Counted from the first letter of the whole stretch, positions 11,138-24,376 are shown. The stretch is DNA of 63,027 bases, filler included, from Globobulimina sp. (GCA_003354225.1; 46 parts of 46 records of this genome joined end to end with filler, not necessarily neighbours in it); one strand, 5' to 3'. Numbers and translations are program-made. The notes: generated from the sequence alone by a model not told the origin.

Positions 11138-12257
11138 ATGCCGAAATTATTGCAGTATTTATCAACAAATGTATCGATAGCATTAAGTTCAGATAATTTA
11201 TATAAACTATCGGTGAATTGTTTAAATATGATATTTATAAATGGATTTGGTATTCGTTATAGTTTAGTTCATGATGATAATATGTTGGGTTTAGCATTAT
11301 TTTATAATTCATCCTTTTTTAATCATTCATGTTCAGCAAATGCATTTTATTATTTTTTAAATGGGAATCAAATTATAATTCGAACATTACGCGAAATAAA
11401 AAAGAATGAAGCCATCACCATCTCAATTGTTAATGATTTAGAATCTCATTCGAAACAACAACGACAAAGTATGTTATTGCAAAATTTTGGTTTTAATTGT
11501 TTATGTTTGAGATGTACGAATGAAGAATATATAAATAATAATCAATTATTAGCGCAAAGAATGAATGAAACAGATTGTGTCTTTAACCATAAACAACATA
11601 TAAACTTATTAAATTACGCCAGAACAAATTGGAGGAAATCAACAAATCAAAGTATAGCATGGAAATTTTATGCCAAATTATTTTCGCAATATGAATATTA
11701 TTATCATCCATTTGATCCAGATATGTTGTCTTTGTTACAAGAGATTGCACAAAAAGCATTTATGAGCGCCGATTATAACATTGGTTATGATGCAAGTGAG
11801 TTAGGCAGACAATTTTGTACAAGATTAACATCGTCAAATATTGTCGAACAATGCCATTTGACTGAATTTAAATTCATTTTCTTATCTTTTTTGAATTATT
11901 TACATTTGGTAAGAGATAAATATCCAAATCAGCAAATTGAAGAAATTATCAATCCCAAAACGGATATAATTCATATAAATGATATGAAACAAGCGCATAA
12001 TGATAAGGTGGCTGATAATGATGTTATAGTGATGAATGATGATGTTTTGCTCAAAATGTTTGAGGATGAATGCAAGGTTGAAACAGTGGGGAATGTAAAA
12101 AAGAAGGATCGGAATAAAAACAATAGGAAACATAATAAAAACAAAAAAAATAAAAAGGGAAATAAAAATAAACGGAAACACAGTAAAGGCAATAAAAATA
12201 AAAAGAAAGGCAATGAAAAAATTTCAAAAGATAAGAATGTGAAAGTGTACAGATTTG
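11138..12257 (+). CDS. SMYD-type SET domain protein (partial)
   Basis: ALFYNSSFFNHSCSAN, IRTLREIKKNEAITIS and post-SET FGFNCLCLRC. Confidence 0.85.
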
Positions 12258-12357
12258 NNNNNNNNNNNNNNNNNNNNNNNNNNNNNNNNNNNNNNNNNNN
12301 NTTAATTAATTAANNNNNNNNNNNNNNNNNNNNNNNNNNNNNNNNNNNNNNNNNNNN

Positions 12358-13630
12358 ACCTCCACCATCATATCCATCATGTCCATCATGCCCATCATGC
12401 CCATCATAACCAGAGCCATAATACATCGCACCACAAGTTGAAGCACCACAATCTGTATTTCTCCCTCTATTACGTCCTTGATTTCGTCTTCGCCGTCTTT
12501 GCGCTGCAACATCTCCATATTTTTGTTGATTACAAACACATATTACAATACATCCAACAATGCCAACAAACACAGCGAATCCAATTTGATCCATCGCAAT
12601 TAAAACACCGCAAATAACCACAGTGACGGCACTCACAGCAATCATCGTTTTTTTCCATGCTGGCCATTTATTATAAATTTTCATCTCATCATATTGTTTA
12701 TTCCCTGACGGTTCCGCAAAGGCTCTCGCATTCAAATAATTGTCTGCGCCATAACGCGAATCCCAAAATTGCTGCGTACTCACTCCATGACTGCTTATTA
12801 CCTCATCTCCTAAATTATCATCATGAGATATTAATTTTTTGTACGGTGATCTGGTGCTACAAAACGAGTGATATCCGACTATATAGTTTAAATATAACAT
12901 GTCAGATAGAAATAAATGATATCGATCGATGCCATTATAAACACATACTTGCATTCAATTGATGCGAATGCCAAATTAGATCAACATCCACAGTGGGAAC
13001 CATAATTAGTCCCTGCGGTTTATTCGGTGCCCAAATAGTTTGCAAAAATTGGTCATATCTTAGGATTGCTGCGTTTACCTTATTCACTGTGATCGGATCA
13101 TATAAATTTATTTTAATAATTTTTCTTATAAACTTGCATTGCCGTTTTATGGCATCGGTCATAATTAATGGTGCGCCGATAAAGCCGGTATTGCCAACAT
13201 TTGCGTTTTTTAAGATATCGTTTCTGAAATTATTACTATTATGCCGTATATATTGTGCATTGACGACAGAAGAATTATGCGGTATCATTTTACCAAATTT
13301 GCGCATACAATCAGTGACATAACATTGCGGATTTAATAAATGTATTCGCCAAACCAACTCCATCTCGATGCTCATTGGAATCTGCAGCGACGGACTTTGT
13401 GCGATCTTATCCATATATTGTTCATAATCAATTATTATATTTTCCCAAAATAATTGCGAGTTTTCTTGTTTCTGTGTATACCGATCGTTTGTTAACAAGT
13501 CTGAATACCACTGATTTATGGCACGAAAAAAGTTCAATTGGTTCTGCGATGTGTTTGATAATTCGCTGGTTAACGTAGCATAGATGAATGATTGTGTTAC
13601 GGTTTGCTGTTGTTGTACGTACACTATTTG
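12358..13630 (-). CDS. Glycine-rich domain protein (GRDP/DUF1399) with two TM helices; intron 12879-12948; partial at both ends
   Basis: VWRIHLLNP and VPTVDVDLIWHSHQL motifs. A GT-AG intron joins the two ORFs as HQLNA-I-GYHSFC..HDD. Gly/His-rich tail. Confidence 0.8.
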
Positions 13631-13806
13631 NNNNNNNNNNNNNNNNNNNNNNNNNNNNNNNNNNNNNNNNNNNNTTAATTAATTAANNNNNNNNNNNNNN
13701 NNNNNNNNNNNNNNNNNNNNNNNNNNNNNNTCGGCAATTGTAGTAACAAAAAAAACTTTAATATAAAATCAAAAACAGTAAACATATTGTTTGCAATTAA
13801 TATTTG

Positions 13807-14592
13807 TCAATGATTATCAGAGTCTGGTTCAAAACTTGTCGATTCATAACTGATTATCTTCAATTCGGCATCATCATATTTTATCTCATAATCTATGCAG
13901 TTTCCTTCTGATTGTATTTCTCGTGCACGACCATTCAAATTGTTCATAAATGTCAGATGAAAATCACTAAAATCCACATATTTTGAGTTGTCACTATCCT
14001 TAAATGCCAACTTAATCGCTTTTGATGGATAATTTCGTTTAATAAAATAAGACTGACATTCTTTAATATCAATTTTTCCGTTATTGTCTGCATCAATGTC
14101 TTTAAATAATTGCCAATCAGTTGCTAATTGATATGCATTTTGTATCTCTTTTAAAGATATTTTATTATCACTACTTTGGTCAAGAAACTGCACAAAATAT
14201 GTTACTACGCCATCATCCAATATGTCCTCATCTTTTTGCAACGCCTGTTTAACTTTTTCAACACTTATTTGTTTATTTTGTATTTCATTGCTTGTTGTTT
14301 GCATTGTTTGTTGTTGTTTTACCAAATTATTGTACAGCCGGACCAATCTCCAATAACCAAAGCAATCATTGAATTCTTGTTTTGTGATTGAGCCATCGTT
14401 ATTTGCATCCAAAAGTTGTATAAAATGATCAATTAATTGTTTATCGAATTTAGATTTCTCCATTTTTTCTCGCATCTGAACTACAGAAATGTCCTCATTA
14501 TTATTTGAGTGTTGGTTAATATCATTGAATTCTTTGAGTACTTTTTTGCTGACTTCTGGGGTTTCAAATGTTGTTGGGATACAGCAGCCCAT
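13807..14592 (-). CDS. Multi-EF-hand calcium-binding protein, putative N-myristoylation/palmitoylation (MGCC)
   Basis: EF loops DANNDGSITKQE, DQSSDNKISLKE, DADNNGKIDIKE. Confidence 0.85.
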   Translation of the reverse strand: MGCCIPTTFETPEVSKKVLKEFNDINQHSNNNEDISVVQMREKMEKSKFDKQLIDHFIQLLDANNDGSITKQEFNDCFGYWRLVRLYNNLVKQQQTMQTTSNEIQNKQISVEKVKQALQKDEDILDDGVVTYFVQFLDQSSDNKISLKEIQNAYQLATDWQLFKDIDADNNGKIDIKECQSYFIKRNYPSKAIKLAFKDSDNSKYVDFSDFHLTFMNNLNGRAREIQSEGNCIDYEIKYDDAELKIISYESTSFEPDSDNH

Positions 14593-16476
14593 TGTACGTT
14601 AATGTATTAGCAATTGTTTTGTGTTCATAATTGCTATAAATAACAGGAAACTGAGCGATCCGTAAAAATAGAACTGAGCGATTTCAATGAAAGCAAAACA
14701 AAACAAATTAATTCGTTGAATTAAGGCCTAGTCTCAATTTATATATTGTGTAAGAAAAAATAAATAAAATAAAATGTATAATATTAATTCAACTAAAGGC
14801 TTTCAGAAATATGAATGGCTAAAAACAATCATAAAAAAAAAAAACTCTACCACCCAACTTTTCACAATACCCAATTTCTGTGTCCTCACTAACAATATAA
14901 ATACTACACATATTGCTGTATTTCATCGTGTTGCAGCCGACAAATTCAAACCTATTATACAAAGAAACACAAAAGTAAACCTCCACATTTGTCATTCACA
15001 AATNNNNNNNNNNNNNNNNNNNNNNNNNNNNNNNNNNNNNNNNNNNNTTAATTAATTAANNNNNNNNNNNNNNNNNNNNNNNNNNNNNNNNNNNNNNNNN
15101 NNNCAGCGAAAAAAATTTTTGGAATTGAAGTTTTATAGCAATTGATGTTGAGTATGAAATAGGCTTTTCATGTCAATACAGCAATGTTAAAGGGAACAAT
15201 TTATATATCTGCATATATATTCCAAAGGGTCATACTCTAATTACAGAAAATTGTGCTTGAAATGGTTGCTAAACTGCTTATTTGACTATTTAGTGATTGT
15301 GAATTGTTTATTTTGTATTGTTTGACACCCTGGAATGTATCTGTTGAACAAATATGAGCAATACAATGCAATTTTTGAATAAATAATACCTGGAAGACCA
15401 TGTCGCTAACACAGATCCAGTACCAACCAGCACAGACCGACAAAAATAAATAAACAAGTAAAAGTACAGGGTGGTCCACAAATAACGCCCCTATTTCAAA
15501 TTACTCGTTCCAGCAGTGGATTTCTTTAAATTGATGAAGTTTGGGCAAAAGATAGAGGAAAATATGCGAATACAATTTTTGTGATGTGTTGAATATACCA
15601 GAAAGTAAAAAGTGTTTTTGGTATGAAGAAACCATGGAACACATCACAAAAGAGAAAATTACCGAAATATCAAGTTGTGTAGTATAAGAACAATGAAACA
15701 AAAAGAACGAAAGATTATAAGACAAAATTTCTTATCAACCGTTGGCAATTTATATGAAATCGTCGTGCGCGAACAAAGATGTCACTAAAATGCGCATCTT
15801 CTCTATCTTTTGGCTAAACTTCATCTAATTTAACCAACCTACTGCTGAAAACGAGTGATATGCATGTCTTCTATTTGTATGTAGTTTAACATCAGTTATG
15901 TACATCAGTGCCCAACAAGAACTATTACAATCAAGATAGACTATCATTGTACTATCGGGTGAGAAAATTCTCTTTACAGTCCATTGACCCGTGTAATCTG
16001 TTGTATTAATATGGCTGGCCACCTATTGAAGTATAAACTTTTGACTGTGCACCTATCTACTATCAGTCAGTACAGTAGGTATGCATTTTTTATTTCTGTT
16101 TCCGCCGACATGTTGTTGTTCTTCCTTTAAATTAATAAGAAAAATGTGACAAAAAGGACAAACAATTTCGAGAACTTTGATAGCAGAATTTTAAAAAGGA
16201 GATTTTCATATTGATTGTCGGTAAGGAGTCAAAATAATGTAGGGTCCGAGCAGGATGGAGCGTTAGTAATATGTTTATACACAACCGCGTGTGAGCTACA
16301 CATGGGAAACAATGAATATAAAACTAATATCACATAATATCACAACCCTTCATGTCTTGCATTCCGATCATTCTGGNNNNNNNNNNNNNNNNNNNNNNNN
16401 NNNNNNNNNNNNNNNNNNNNTTAATTAATTAANNNNNNNNNNNNNNNNNNNNNNNNNNNNNNNNNNNNNNNNNNNN

Positions 16477-16953
16477 TCGCCAAATATTTCTGGTCACCCG
16501 AAAAATTTTAGCGATTTTTTACAGAGACTTACGTAAACAAATTTCGCTGAAATTTCGCGCTATTATACCTATTCTACGAACGTACCAACATGCGAAATTT
16601 GAGCCAAATCGGTTCACTCAAGTCTGAGTAAAAAATTCCTACATATTTCTGGTCACCCGAAAATTACTAGCGATTTTTTAGTCAGATTTGCTAGAACCGA
16701 TTTGGCTGAACTTTTTCTTTGCTATACTTGTTGTACGAGCGTACCAACATACGAAATTTCACCCAAATCGGTTCACGCAAATTTGACTGAAAAATCGCCA
16801 AATATTACTGCTCACCCGAAAAATGTTAGCCATTTTTACTCAGACTTGCGCGAACCGATTTTCCAGAAATTTTCCTCTACTACACCTGTTGTACGAGAGT
16901 ACCAACAAGCGAAATTTCAGCCAAATCGGTTCACGCAAATCTAAGTAAAAAAT
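16477..16953. repeat. Three tandem 159-bp units, each with an internal inverted repeat
   Basis: ATATT(T/A)CTG(G/C)TCACCCGAAAA at 16484, 16643 and 16802. Arms GAACCGATTT / AAATCGGTTC are clearest in units 2-3. Confidence 0.9.
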
Positions 16954-18157
16954 GCCATGCTAAAGCAGGTCACATCACGGGATAGTTTCGGAAATCATAT
17001 ATAAAGTATCAAGAACCATCGAATCCATTACATTATCCTCCGAAATAATTTACGGTCCGACCGACAATTAATTAATTTACAGTCCAAATGAACATTTACG
17101 ACATTCAATAATTATATTGGTTCAGTTTAAATGAACGTTTATTTTTTGATTTCTATATTATCCCATAAAAATCAGATAATAAAAAAACAATTTTTGACAC
17201 AAGTACACTACGTAGAGTTCAACAGCATTTCATTTAACTTTTAACAAACAGTTATATATAGTAACTCCAATAAGATATTTAAATTAAAAAAACTTAATAT
17301 TCACCTGCACCGACAGTGGTGATAAGAGCTACAACTGTATGTAGCTCTAAAGGCCAGTAGAAGATTCCAAAAAAGGAATCATTTTTTCTACCGGCCATTC
17401 ACCACTCTACTGCATGAAGTAGCAAAAATTGCAAAATTAAACCTTAAACGATCGTATAACATATTATCTTTAATCACCAATATAACATTTTAAAAGCGAC
17501 AAAATTATTGCTCTTTCAATTTAGTCCACACAGATACAAGAACGTATGTAGGGTTTCTACCGGCTTTTAAAATATTTCCCTTATAAATAACATTTTTAAA
17601 TGATGTTCATGATATTATCAAAACAATGATGTTATTTGCTTTTTTTCACTTTGATTTCAAAATTGTTTTTCACTTCCATTTCAAAACCAATGAAGAAACC
17701 AAACGATGAACACCATCAAATTTGGCTTTTTCGACAAAATTCTTAAAATNNNNNNNNNNNNNNNNNNNNNNNNNNNNNNNNNNNNNNNNNNNNTTAATTA
17801 ATTAANNNNNNNNNNNNNNNNNNNNNNNNNNNNNNNNNNNNNNNNNNNNAACAAATTGTATGTTAAATAATACCCAACATATTTACATATTTTTCAGGTT
17901 AAGTTGCGGCACAGTGAAAAACTGTATCAAGAAAAACAATAAAATGTATTATTACATATAAATCTTCAATCTCTGATATGGGGCTAGTGTTGATTCTTCT
18001 TCTTCTTGTTTTATATTATAGAATAAAAGTCTTTCCTTTTAGAATCTATCTGATGGATACAATACACACAAAATACAACAACACAAAAGAGTTAGTGTGG
18101 TCAAGCCTATTTTTAGCTTAAGGTTTTACTGACATTTTCTACTTTAAGTCTCAGACC

Positions 18158-18844
18158 ATGTCATCATTTTTGTTTTTATTGTTGGTTTCTGCTGTATATG
18201 CACAGGATCCAGCTCCAACATGGTTAGGATATGCGCGAGCTGACGCAAGCTCAAATGCGACATACATTTCACGGATTGAGGCATATTGGACTGTGCCAAA
18301 TGCCGCAACGTTTGCAAGTCAAAAATGTAATTATAATATTTTTTTTGGAATAGAATCAACGGATAATAATAACTTAATTAAGACGGTGAGTTCATTTAAT
18401 TTGGACACTAGTGATTCATGGTCCATTTATACAGAATATCATCAATGGAAACCACAAAAAGATGTGAAATCTGATTCACATATTGTTAAACCTGGAGATA
18501 TTATTTATGGAACGATATTTCATAATGGAGTGGATATACCGCCTTCATATACGCAAGAAATATCTGATTTAAATGATAATTGGTCGGCTTCCAACATCGT
18601 ACCACTAAGTGGTACACAATACAATGTTGCTTATTTTGCATTTGATGTGAATTCCTGTTCAGTTTGTAATGAGTATCCAAGTGATGATCAAGTTATTTTT
18701 TATAATATTTCAATTTGGTGGAATGATGTTGTTGTGGAGCAACCGAAATGGAGCACTTCTTATGTTCAAAATATTTGTCAGAATCGAGCAAATATTATCG
18801 ATGCAAATTCAATAAAACTTACTTGGAAAAGCAATGCAAATTAA
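18158..18844 (+). CDS. Secreted protein with glutamic peptidase (G1/A4)-like fold
   Basis: Signal peptide; AYWTVP, FFGIE, VKPGDII motifs. Confidence 0.55.
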   Translation: MSSFLFLLLVSAVYAQDPAPTWLGYARADASSNATYISRIEAYWTVPNAATFASQKCNYNIFFGIESTDNNNLIKTVSSFNLDTSDSWSIYTEYHQWKPQKDVKSDSHIVKPGDIIYGTIFHNGVDIPPSYTQEISDLNDNWSASNIVPLSGTQYNVAYFAFDVNSCSVCNEYPSDDQVIFYNISIWWNDVVVEQPKWSTSYVQNICQNRANIIDANSIKLTWKSNAN

Positions 18845-19224
18845 TTAAAATATTTTTTTTGTAGACACGGTCCACATACAATCGTATCATTCGTATGCTG
18901 TACATATATCAATTGAAAAAATATCACTTCCTTGTAGTTAATGGTTGTGTCATTTGTGCTTTTGAATCAGTATTTTGTTTATTTTTTGAGAATGGGAACC
19001 ATGTGAAGACTTGCATTTTAAAACCAAACCTTACTAGTTTTTTTGAAGTCACTAAGTCCAAAGCATCCTTTCGTCACCTTCCCGCCTTCTGCGTTTGATA
19101 CAGAGCACATTTTATGCTCTATNNNNNNNNNNNNNNNNNNNNNNNNNNNNNNNNNNNNNNNNNNNNTTAATTAATTAANNNNNNNNNNNNNNNNNNNNNN
19201 NNNNNNNNNNNNNNNNNNNNNNAA

Positions 19225-20495
19225 TGGATCAGTATCTTCAGCAAATTAGTACAAGGCAAGCCAATCTATTCCGGTTATCTCGCTCTGAAACACGCGAAAA
19301 AGCAGCGTTTATGGCATAAAAAGTTCTTTATATTGTTCGAGAACAAAGTGCTGAATTATTATAAACATCACATCGATGTCAACAATGGCAATGCGTGCGA
19401 GTTTGATATCGATTTACGACATGTGATGTGGCTGCGTTATTGCAGCAAGAATGAGTTCACTGACATTGATTTAAAGCAACATTTCTGTGCCGATGAGATC
19501 ATTCCTTGCGGCTCCGGCGACAATAATTCGTATTATCTGCCTGCACAAACGGCGTATTTCAACACACCGAGCGGCAATTCAGTGATAAATCCGTTAAGTT
19601 TGTCCATAGCACCAAAGAAGAAACGCAAAAGTAACAGCATATATTCGCTGGAGATTGCCATTCCAAACCGGATATTCATACTAACCGCAGAGACGCAGCG
19701 TATTCGTAATGAGTGGTACAATAAAATCCGCAGTGTGTTCAGCGAGACGTTGATATTGAAGCGGTACTTTGATTCGGCTGTGAAGAGCATCTATTTCGTG
19801 CACAATCAGTCTACGTTTAAGAATCGATACGTCGCGCTGTTTAAGGATATGTTGGTTGTGTTTAATAACAAGAAGAAGTTGGATACGATTAAACGAATGA
19901 CGTTCTTCGATGAGACGCGTTTCCGGGATTATATACGAAAGGAGCATTGTACCATAATCCCCATCAATTTGAGTGTGGTCATACGGAAAGCGAGCAACAC
20001 AAAACATGGCCGCTTTGCCTTTGTGGTGCATAACAATTATGATGATCGCAAGTGGTATTTCAATTGCGGCAGAAAAGAGGACTTGGAACAATGGGTTTAT
20101 TTGCTGGTCGATAAACGACGGCATGTACAGAAGAATCATGATAAACGCGTACGTGTACGGAACAGCAATAATTTAGCACCGCCTGCACCGCAACCAAAGG
20201 CAAAGAAACATAAAACACATAAACATAAACATAAACATAAAAATAAGCATAAATGCAGAGATGTTGAGGTAGAATCGACGTTGAATGAGGAGGAAATACA
20301 CGAAACGCGCACAAATATAATCAGCAAAGGAGTTGAAGTGCGGGATAACACATCGATTGCTTCGACTGCCACGGAACTGGGCGAGAATATACCGGAGAAT
20401 TATGATTTGTCGCTGGTGTCCAGTAAGGAATCGCCAGTTCCCGACCGGAGTGTGAATACCAGTGCGGCTTCGACGGTGAGGAATATATTGCCGCA
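19225..20495 (+). CDS. Tandem PH-domain protein (partial)
   Basis: YSGYL..WHKKFFILFENKVLNYY..RIFILTAET..RNEWY, then a second PH ending KEDLEQWV. Confidence 0.8.
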
Positions 20496-20648
20496 NNNNN
20501 NNNNNNNNNNNNNNNNNNNNNNNNNNNNNNNNNNNNNNNTTAATTAATTAANNNNNNNNNNNNNNNNNNNNNNNNNNNNNNNNNNNNNNNNNNNNCATTA
20601 AAATTAAGACACGCAAAGTTTTACTTTATTGCTAAATATTTAACAGAG

Positions 20649-21575
20649 TTAGTTGACTGTTTTACAACTGCTAATATTACAAATGAAGTGGAGTATTATT
20701 ATCATATTATTAATTCTGTCAAAACCACGTAGTTTGACAAAGTTATTTTTTATCTTTTTATATTTATTTTGTATGCCAAGTAATTCTTTGTTAATATAAA
20801 TATATTCATCAATCTCATCATCGTCATCTTCCGTATGTTGATGACTATTTATCAGCGCATTCATTTCTTCTTTTTCTTCCTTTTCCTCCTCTTTTTTTTC
20901 ATTCTCATTATTATAATTAATGCTATTATTAAATAAAAAACAATATATTTTATCACAAAGTTGTTGTGTATGTATTTCGTGAATTTGTTGGGTGTCAAAA
21001 TACATTTTAATGCATTGTTCAAATTGTGATGGATCTCTGTTATTCCTCGTGACAATAAAATGGTTCGTTTCTGAATCAAACAATTTATTTATATTTATGT
21101 GGTCATTATTATGTTTAAATAGAATATGATTAAAGTCATTTATTAATGACACATTCGAATAGTTATATTCATGGTATGTTTGACCAAATGTTTGGTGAAT
21201 ATAGCAATACATTGTTTTTTTATAATTATTCTTATCACTGTCTTTAATGCGGTGAATGATTGAAATGTTATTTGTTTTGGACGGATTATTACGTTGAGAT
21301 ATCCACGAAATATAATATTTCATTATTTGTTCAATATTTAATATGCATTGGCAATTTTTAATAGAATCACAAATAAATTCATTATTTGAGTCTTGTTTAA
21401 TATCATCATCATTCAATTTAGATTGTAATTGCCCAGCAACTGGCTGTTTATCTGGATATTCAAGCTCTGGTTCAGCATTTGCTTTGCTATCGTCATCAAC
21501 CGCAGTTAATCCTTCTTGTTCTTCATCTGTTGATGCGATAGGTTCTCTGTTGTGAGCACAGCATAAAGCGCCCAT
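20649..21575 (-). CDS. Hypothetical protein with MGALCC lipidation motif
   Basis: Long ORF; likely true start is MGALCCA at 21575. Confidence 0.55.
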   Translation of the reverse strand: MGALCCAHNREPIASTDEEQEGLTAVDDDSKANAEPELEYPDKQPVAGQLQSKLNDDDIKQDSNNEFICDSIKNCQCILNIEQIMKYYISWISQRNNPSKTNNISIIHRIKDSDKNNYKKTMYCYIHQTFGQTYHEYNYSNVSLINDFNHILFKHNNDHININKLFDSETNHFIVTRNNRDPSQFEQCIKMYFDTQQIHEIHTQQLCDKIYCFLFNNSINYNNENEKKEEEKEEKEEMNALINSHQHTEDDDDEIDEYIYINKELLGIQNKYKKIKNNFVKLRGFDRINNMIIILHFICNISSCKTVN

Positions 21576-21653
21576 CTTGTTATATATACTTACTTTAAAA
21601 GTATTATAAATAAAAAACCTTTGACTCTGACTGAGCAAAGCTGACTCAAAAGC

Positions 21654-21868
21654 ATGTTACTACCGTTTGCAATCCTATTATCCCTCACAACAACCAAAGC
21701 TCAAACAGGATTCGGTCCATATTTTCTACCAAATGGCGTAGACACAGACCCAATGTTTGTGACCTTCGGGGAATTCAACACCACCCATTTTTTCATTAAC
21801 ATTTACACGCGCGGCGACCATTGGTTTGCTTTTGGCTTCGCCTCCGGTTCCGGCTGAACCACAGAATC
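21654..21868 (+). CDS. Secreted DOMON-like protein, 5' part (TGA at 21855)
   Basis: Signal peptide and HWFAFGF motif. Confidence 0.5.
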
Positions 21869-22175
21869 NNNNNNNNNNNNNNNNNNNNNNNNNNNNNNNN
21901 NNNNNNNNNNNNTTAATTAATTAANNNNNNNNNNNNNNNNNNNNNNNNNNNNNNNNNNNNNNNNNNNNGGTATAAATTGAAGGATGAAATTAACTCTGAA
22001 TTGGATGAATTAGAGTGGCTGGATGCAACTGCGTCAGAGTGGTTGAATACAATTCAGGATCATATTGTTGACTTGAATGAGTTTGATTGAGTCAAAAAAA
22101 CTTCTCACTTAACAATAATTCTTCATTGTCTGTCTGCAACCAAACTAGCTAGTAGTCGATCAAATTAATTATAAA

Positions 22176-23240
22176 ATGCATTTAACCTCTCAATCGATCA
22201 TCATACTGACGACAATCAAAATTATATGCAGCAATATTGTATGCGAATTTGGTAAAGACTGTACCATTGACAAATACAATCAAAATAATAAAATAATTAA
22301 TGCCCAAAATGCGACATCGTTAACATTAAATTGCTACAATAAAAGTTTTGGATTATCAATTTATTGCCCAGCTGGCGAATGTAATATTATCTGCCATGAC
22401 GAACAATCCTGCGAATATGCAGTTATTACCACCTACAACAATACCAAATTAAATGTTCAATCTTTATCCAAAAACGCGGCACATAGTCTTCTAATATATG
22501 GAGATAACGCATACAAAATCAGTTTAATCTGCCAAGCAGACAAGTCGTGTGATTATGCTTCTGTCCATGCCCCAAACGCTATAAACATAAATATCTTTTG
22601 TGCGACAAGACCATCTTACAGTGAGTCATGCTCTCATTTAAAACTTTATGCTGGAAATGCAGACCATGTCAACTTAACCTGTGGCGATGGCTCCTTTGCT
22701 GACGATATCTCAGCGGGTTCCTGTCGTGATACTAAACTATACGCAGACAATGCAAGTAGTGTGAATATAATTGCTTATGATATTGCATACGCTCTTATTA
22801 AAGCACAGCATGCAAATCATCTGAGTTTAACATGCATATCAAGGTGGAGGTACGATGGGTGTTACAACACAGACATATTATTCCCAAACTCAACAGAAAG
22901 TGGTGTGACTACTTTTAATTGTTATGGGTCCTGTCATATTTTAAATATTTATGGCATAAAATGTGATGTGTTGTTTGCAATGGATATTAGCCTCAATGGA
23001 TGCAGTTTGTCACAGCGGTATCGTGTGTATGACTTTATTACCATGTGGTCCTTTCATTTGTTACTCACTGAAAATGAACTTGGACGAGATTCATTTATTT
23101 GTTGGACGAGATTCATTTATTTGTTGGCCATGGCAAGATGACCGATTTATAGCAGACTGCAATTGTTCAGATATTGTCGATTTTGTAACTGATTTATTTG
23201 TGAATGATGCTTCAATGCAAGGATGCGAGTTAATCATTGA
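22176..23240 (+). CDS. Secreted Cys-repeat protein, frameshifted by a 22-bp tandem duplication at 23080-23123
   Basis: Repeated C....SC..A.I motifs. Removing one TTGGACGAGATTCATTTATTTG copy restores GRDSFICWPWQDD. Confidence 0.65.
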
Positions 23241-23557
23241 NNNNNNNNNNNNNNNNNNNNNNNNNNNNNNNNNNNNNNNNNNNNTTAATTAATTAANNNN
23301 NNNNNNNNNNNNNNNNNNNNNNNNNNNNNNNNNNNNNNNNATAACGCATTGGTGATCTAGCAACTGTAATAAGTTAATGGTGATAACTGAGTGTTTATAT
23401 CGTGTCGTGATCACTATCCGTTATAACCTACGGTGACAACAGTGTATACAAAATAATTAAAAACACCCGTTGTCACGACAGCGTGATAACTGCAGCGTGT
23501 TTCTAATTTGGTTGTAACACAAACGTGTCAAATGGGTGTTTTCACCACCTATCAACA

Positions 23558-24376
23558 CTACGAAGCAACGATATATTTCCAGCCTTTACTTAATTTATTC
23601 CACCACCAATCTGTTTCCACTGCGTTTTGAAAAGGTGGGAATCCGGCATAGGTTGTAAATAATATGATGCCCAACGCGAATATGTCGCATTTATGAGTGT
23701 ACTTCTTTCCTTTCAACAATTCCGGAGCCAAATAGCCTTTGGTACCGGCCGCCGTCTTCATTTTCTGCGGCTGCTTATTCTCCGCAATGAAGGAAGTGGC
23801 GAAGCCGAAGTCTGCGATCTTCAAAATATAGTCGTGATTCAAGAGCAAATTCTCCGGCTTGAGGTCGCGATGCGCGATCCCTAATTTATGCATTGCCTCC
23901 AAACCATTAATCATTTGATGGAAATAAGAGCGCGACGCACATTCATCAAAGCAACCGGTAAACATTAAAAAATCAAACAATTCGCCACCAGACGCAAACT
24001 CTAATACAGTTACAATACATTTTGTTTTTCGACCATCAGACTCCGGATATTGCGCATTTTCATCAAATTCAATTAATTGGATCACATTTTCATGCTTCAC
24101 CTTTTTCATTACATTTAATTCGCGAACCAATTGTTTCTTTTTTGAGTCTGATATTGTCCCACTTTCGTCAGCTAACATTATTTTCAATGCAGCCTTTTCC
24201 CCCGTTTTGCGATGAATTCCTAATTTCACCTTTGAATATCCGCCCATTCCCAAGGTGTCGCCCAAGATCCAATCATTTATCATTCGAACCTGACCGCCGC
24301 CTTTATTTAATTTGCGCATTTTTAATTTAGAGAAATATCCCTTCTTTGAACGGGACTGTTGCATTGTTTGCATCAC
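23558..24376 (-). CDS. Ser/Thr protein kinase, CAMK group (C-terminally truncated)
   Basis: LGMGGYSKV, AALK, GGELFD, HRDLKPEN, DFG, GTKGYLAPE. Confidence 0.95.
   Translation of the reverse strand: MMQTMQQSRSKKGYFSKLKMRKLNKGGGQVRMINDWILGDTLGMGGYSKVKLGIHRKTGEKAALKIMLADESGTISDSKKKQLVRELNVMKKVKHENVIQLIEFDENAQYPESDGRKTKCIVTVLEFASGGELFDFLMFTGCFDECASRSYFHQMINGLEAMHKLGIAHRDLKPENLLLNHDYILKIADFGFATSFIAENKQPQKMKTAAGTKGYLAPELLKGKKYTHKCDIFALGIILFTTYAGFPPFQNAVETDWWWNKLSKGWKYIVAS

Noticed and set aside
15464-15500. TACAGGGTGGTCCA as a Tc1/mariner terminal repeat
   Set aside because: No matching opposite end or transposase is visible in this contig.
23341-23557. Repeated GTGATAAC-like motifs after the kinase ORF as a regulatory array
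   Set aside because: Irregular spacing, and they follow an apparent chimeric truncation of the kinase. Probably a repeat fragment.
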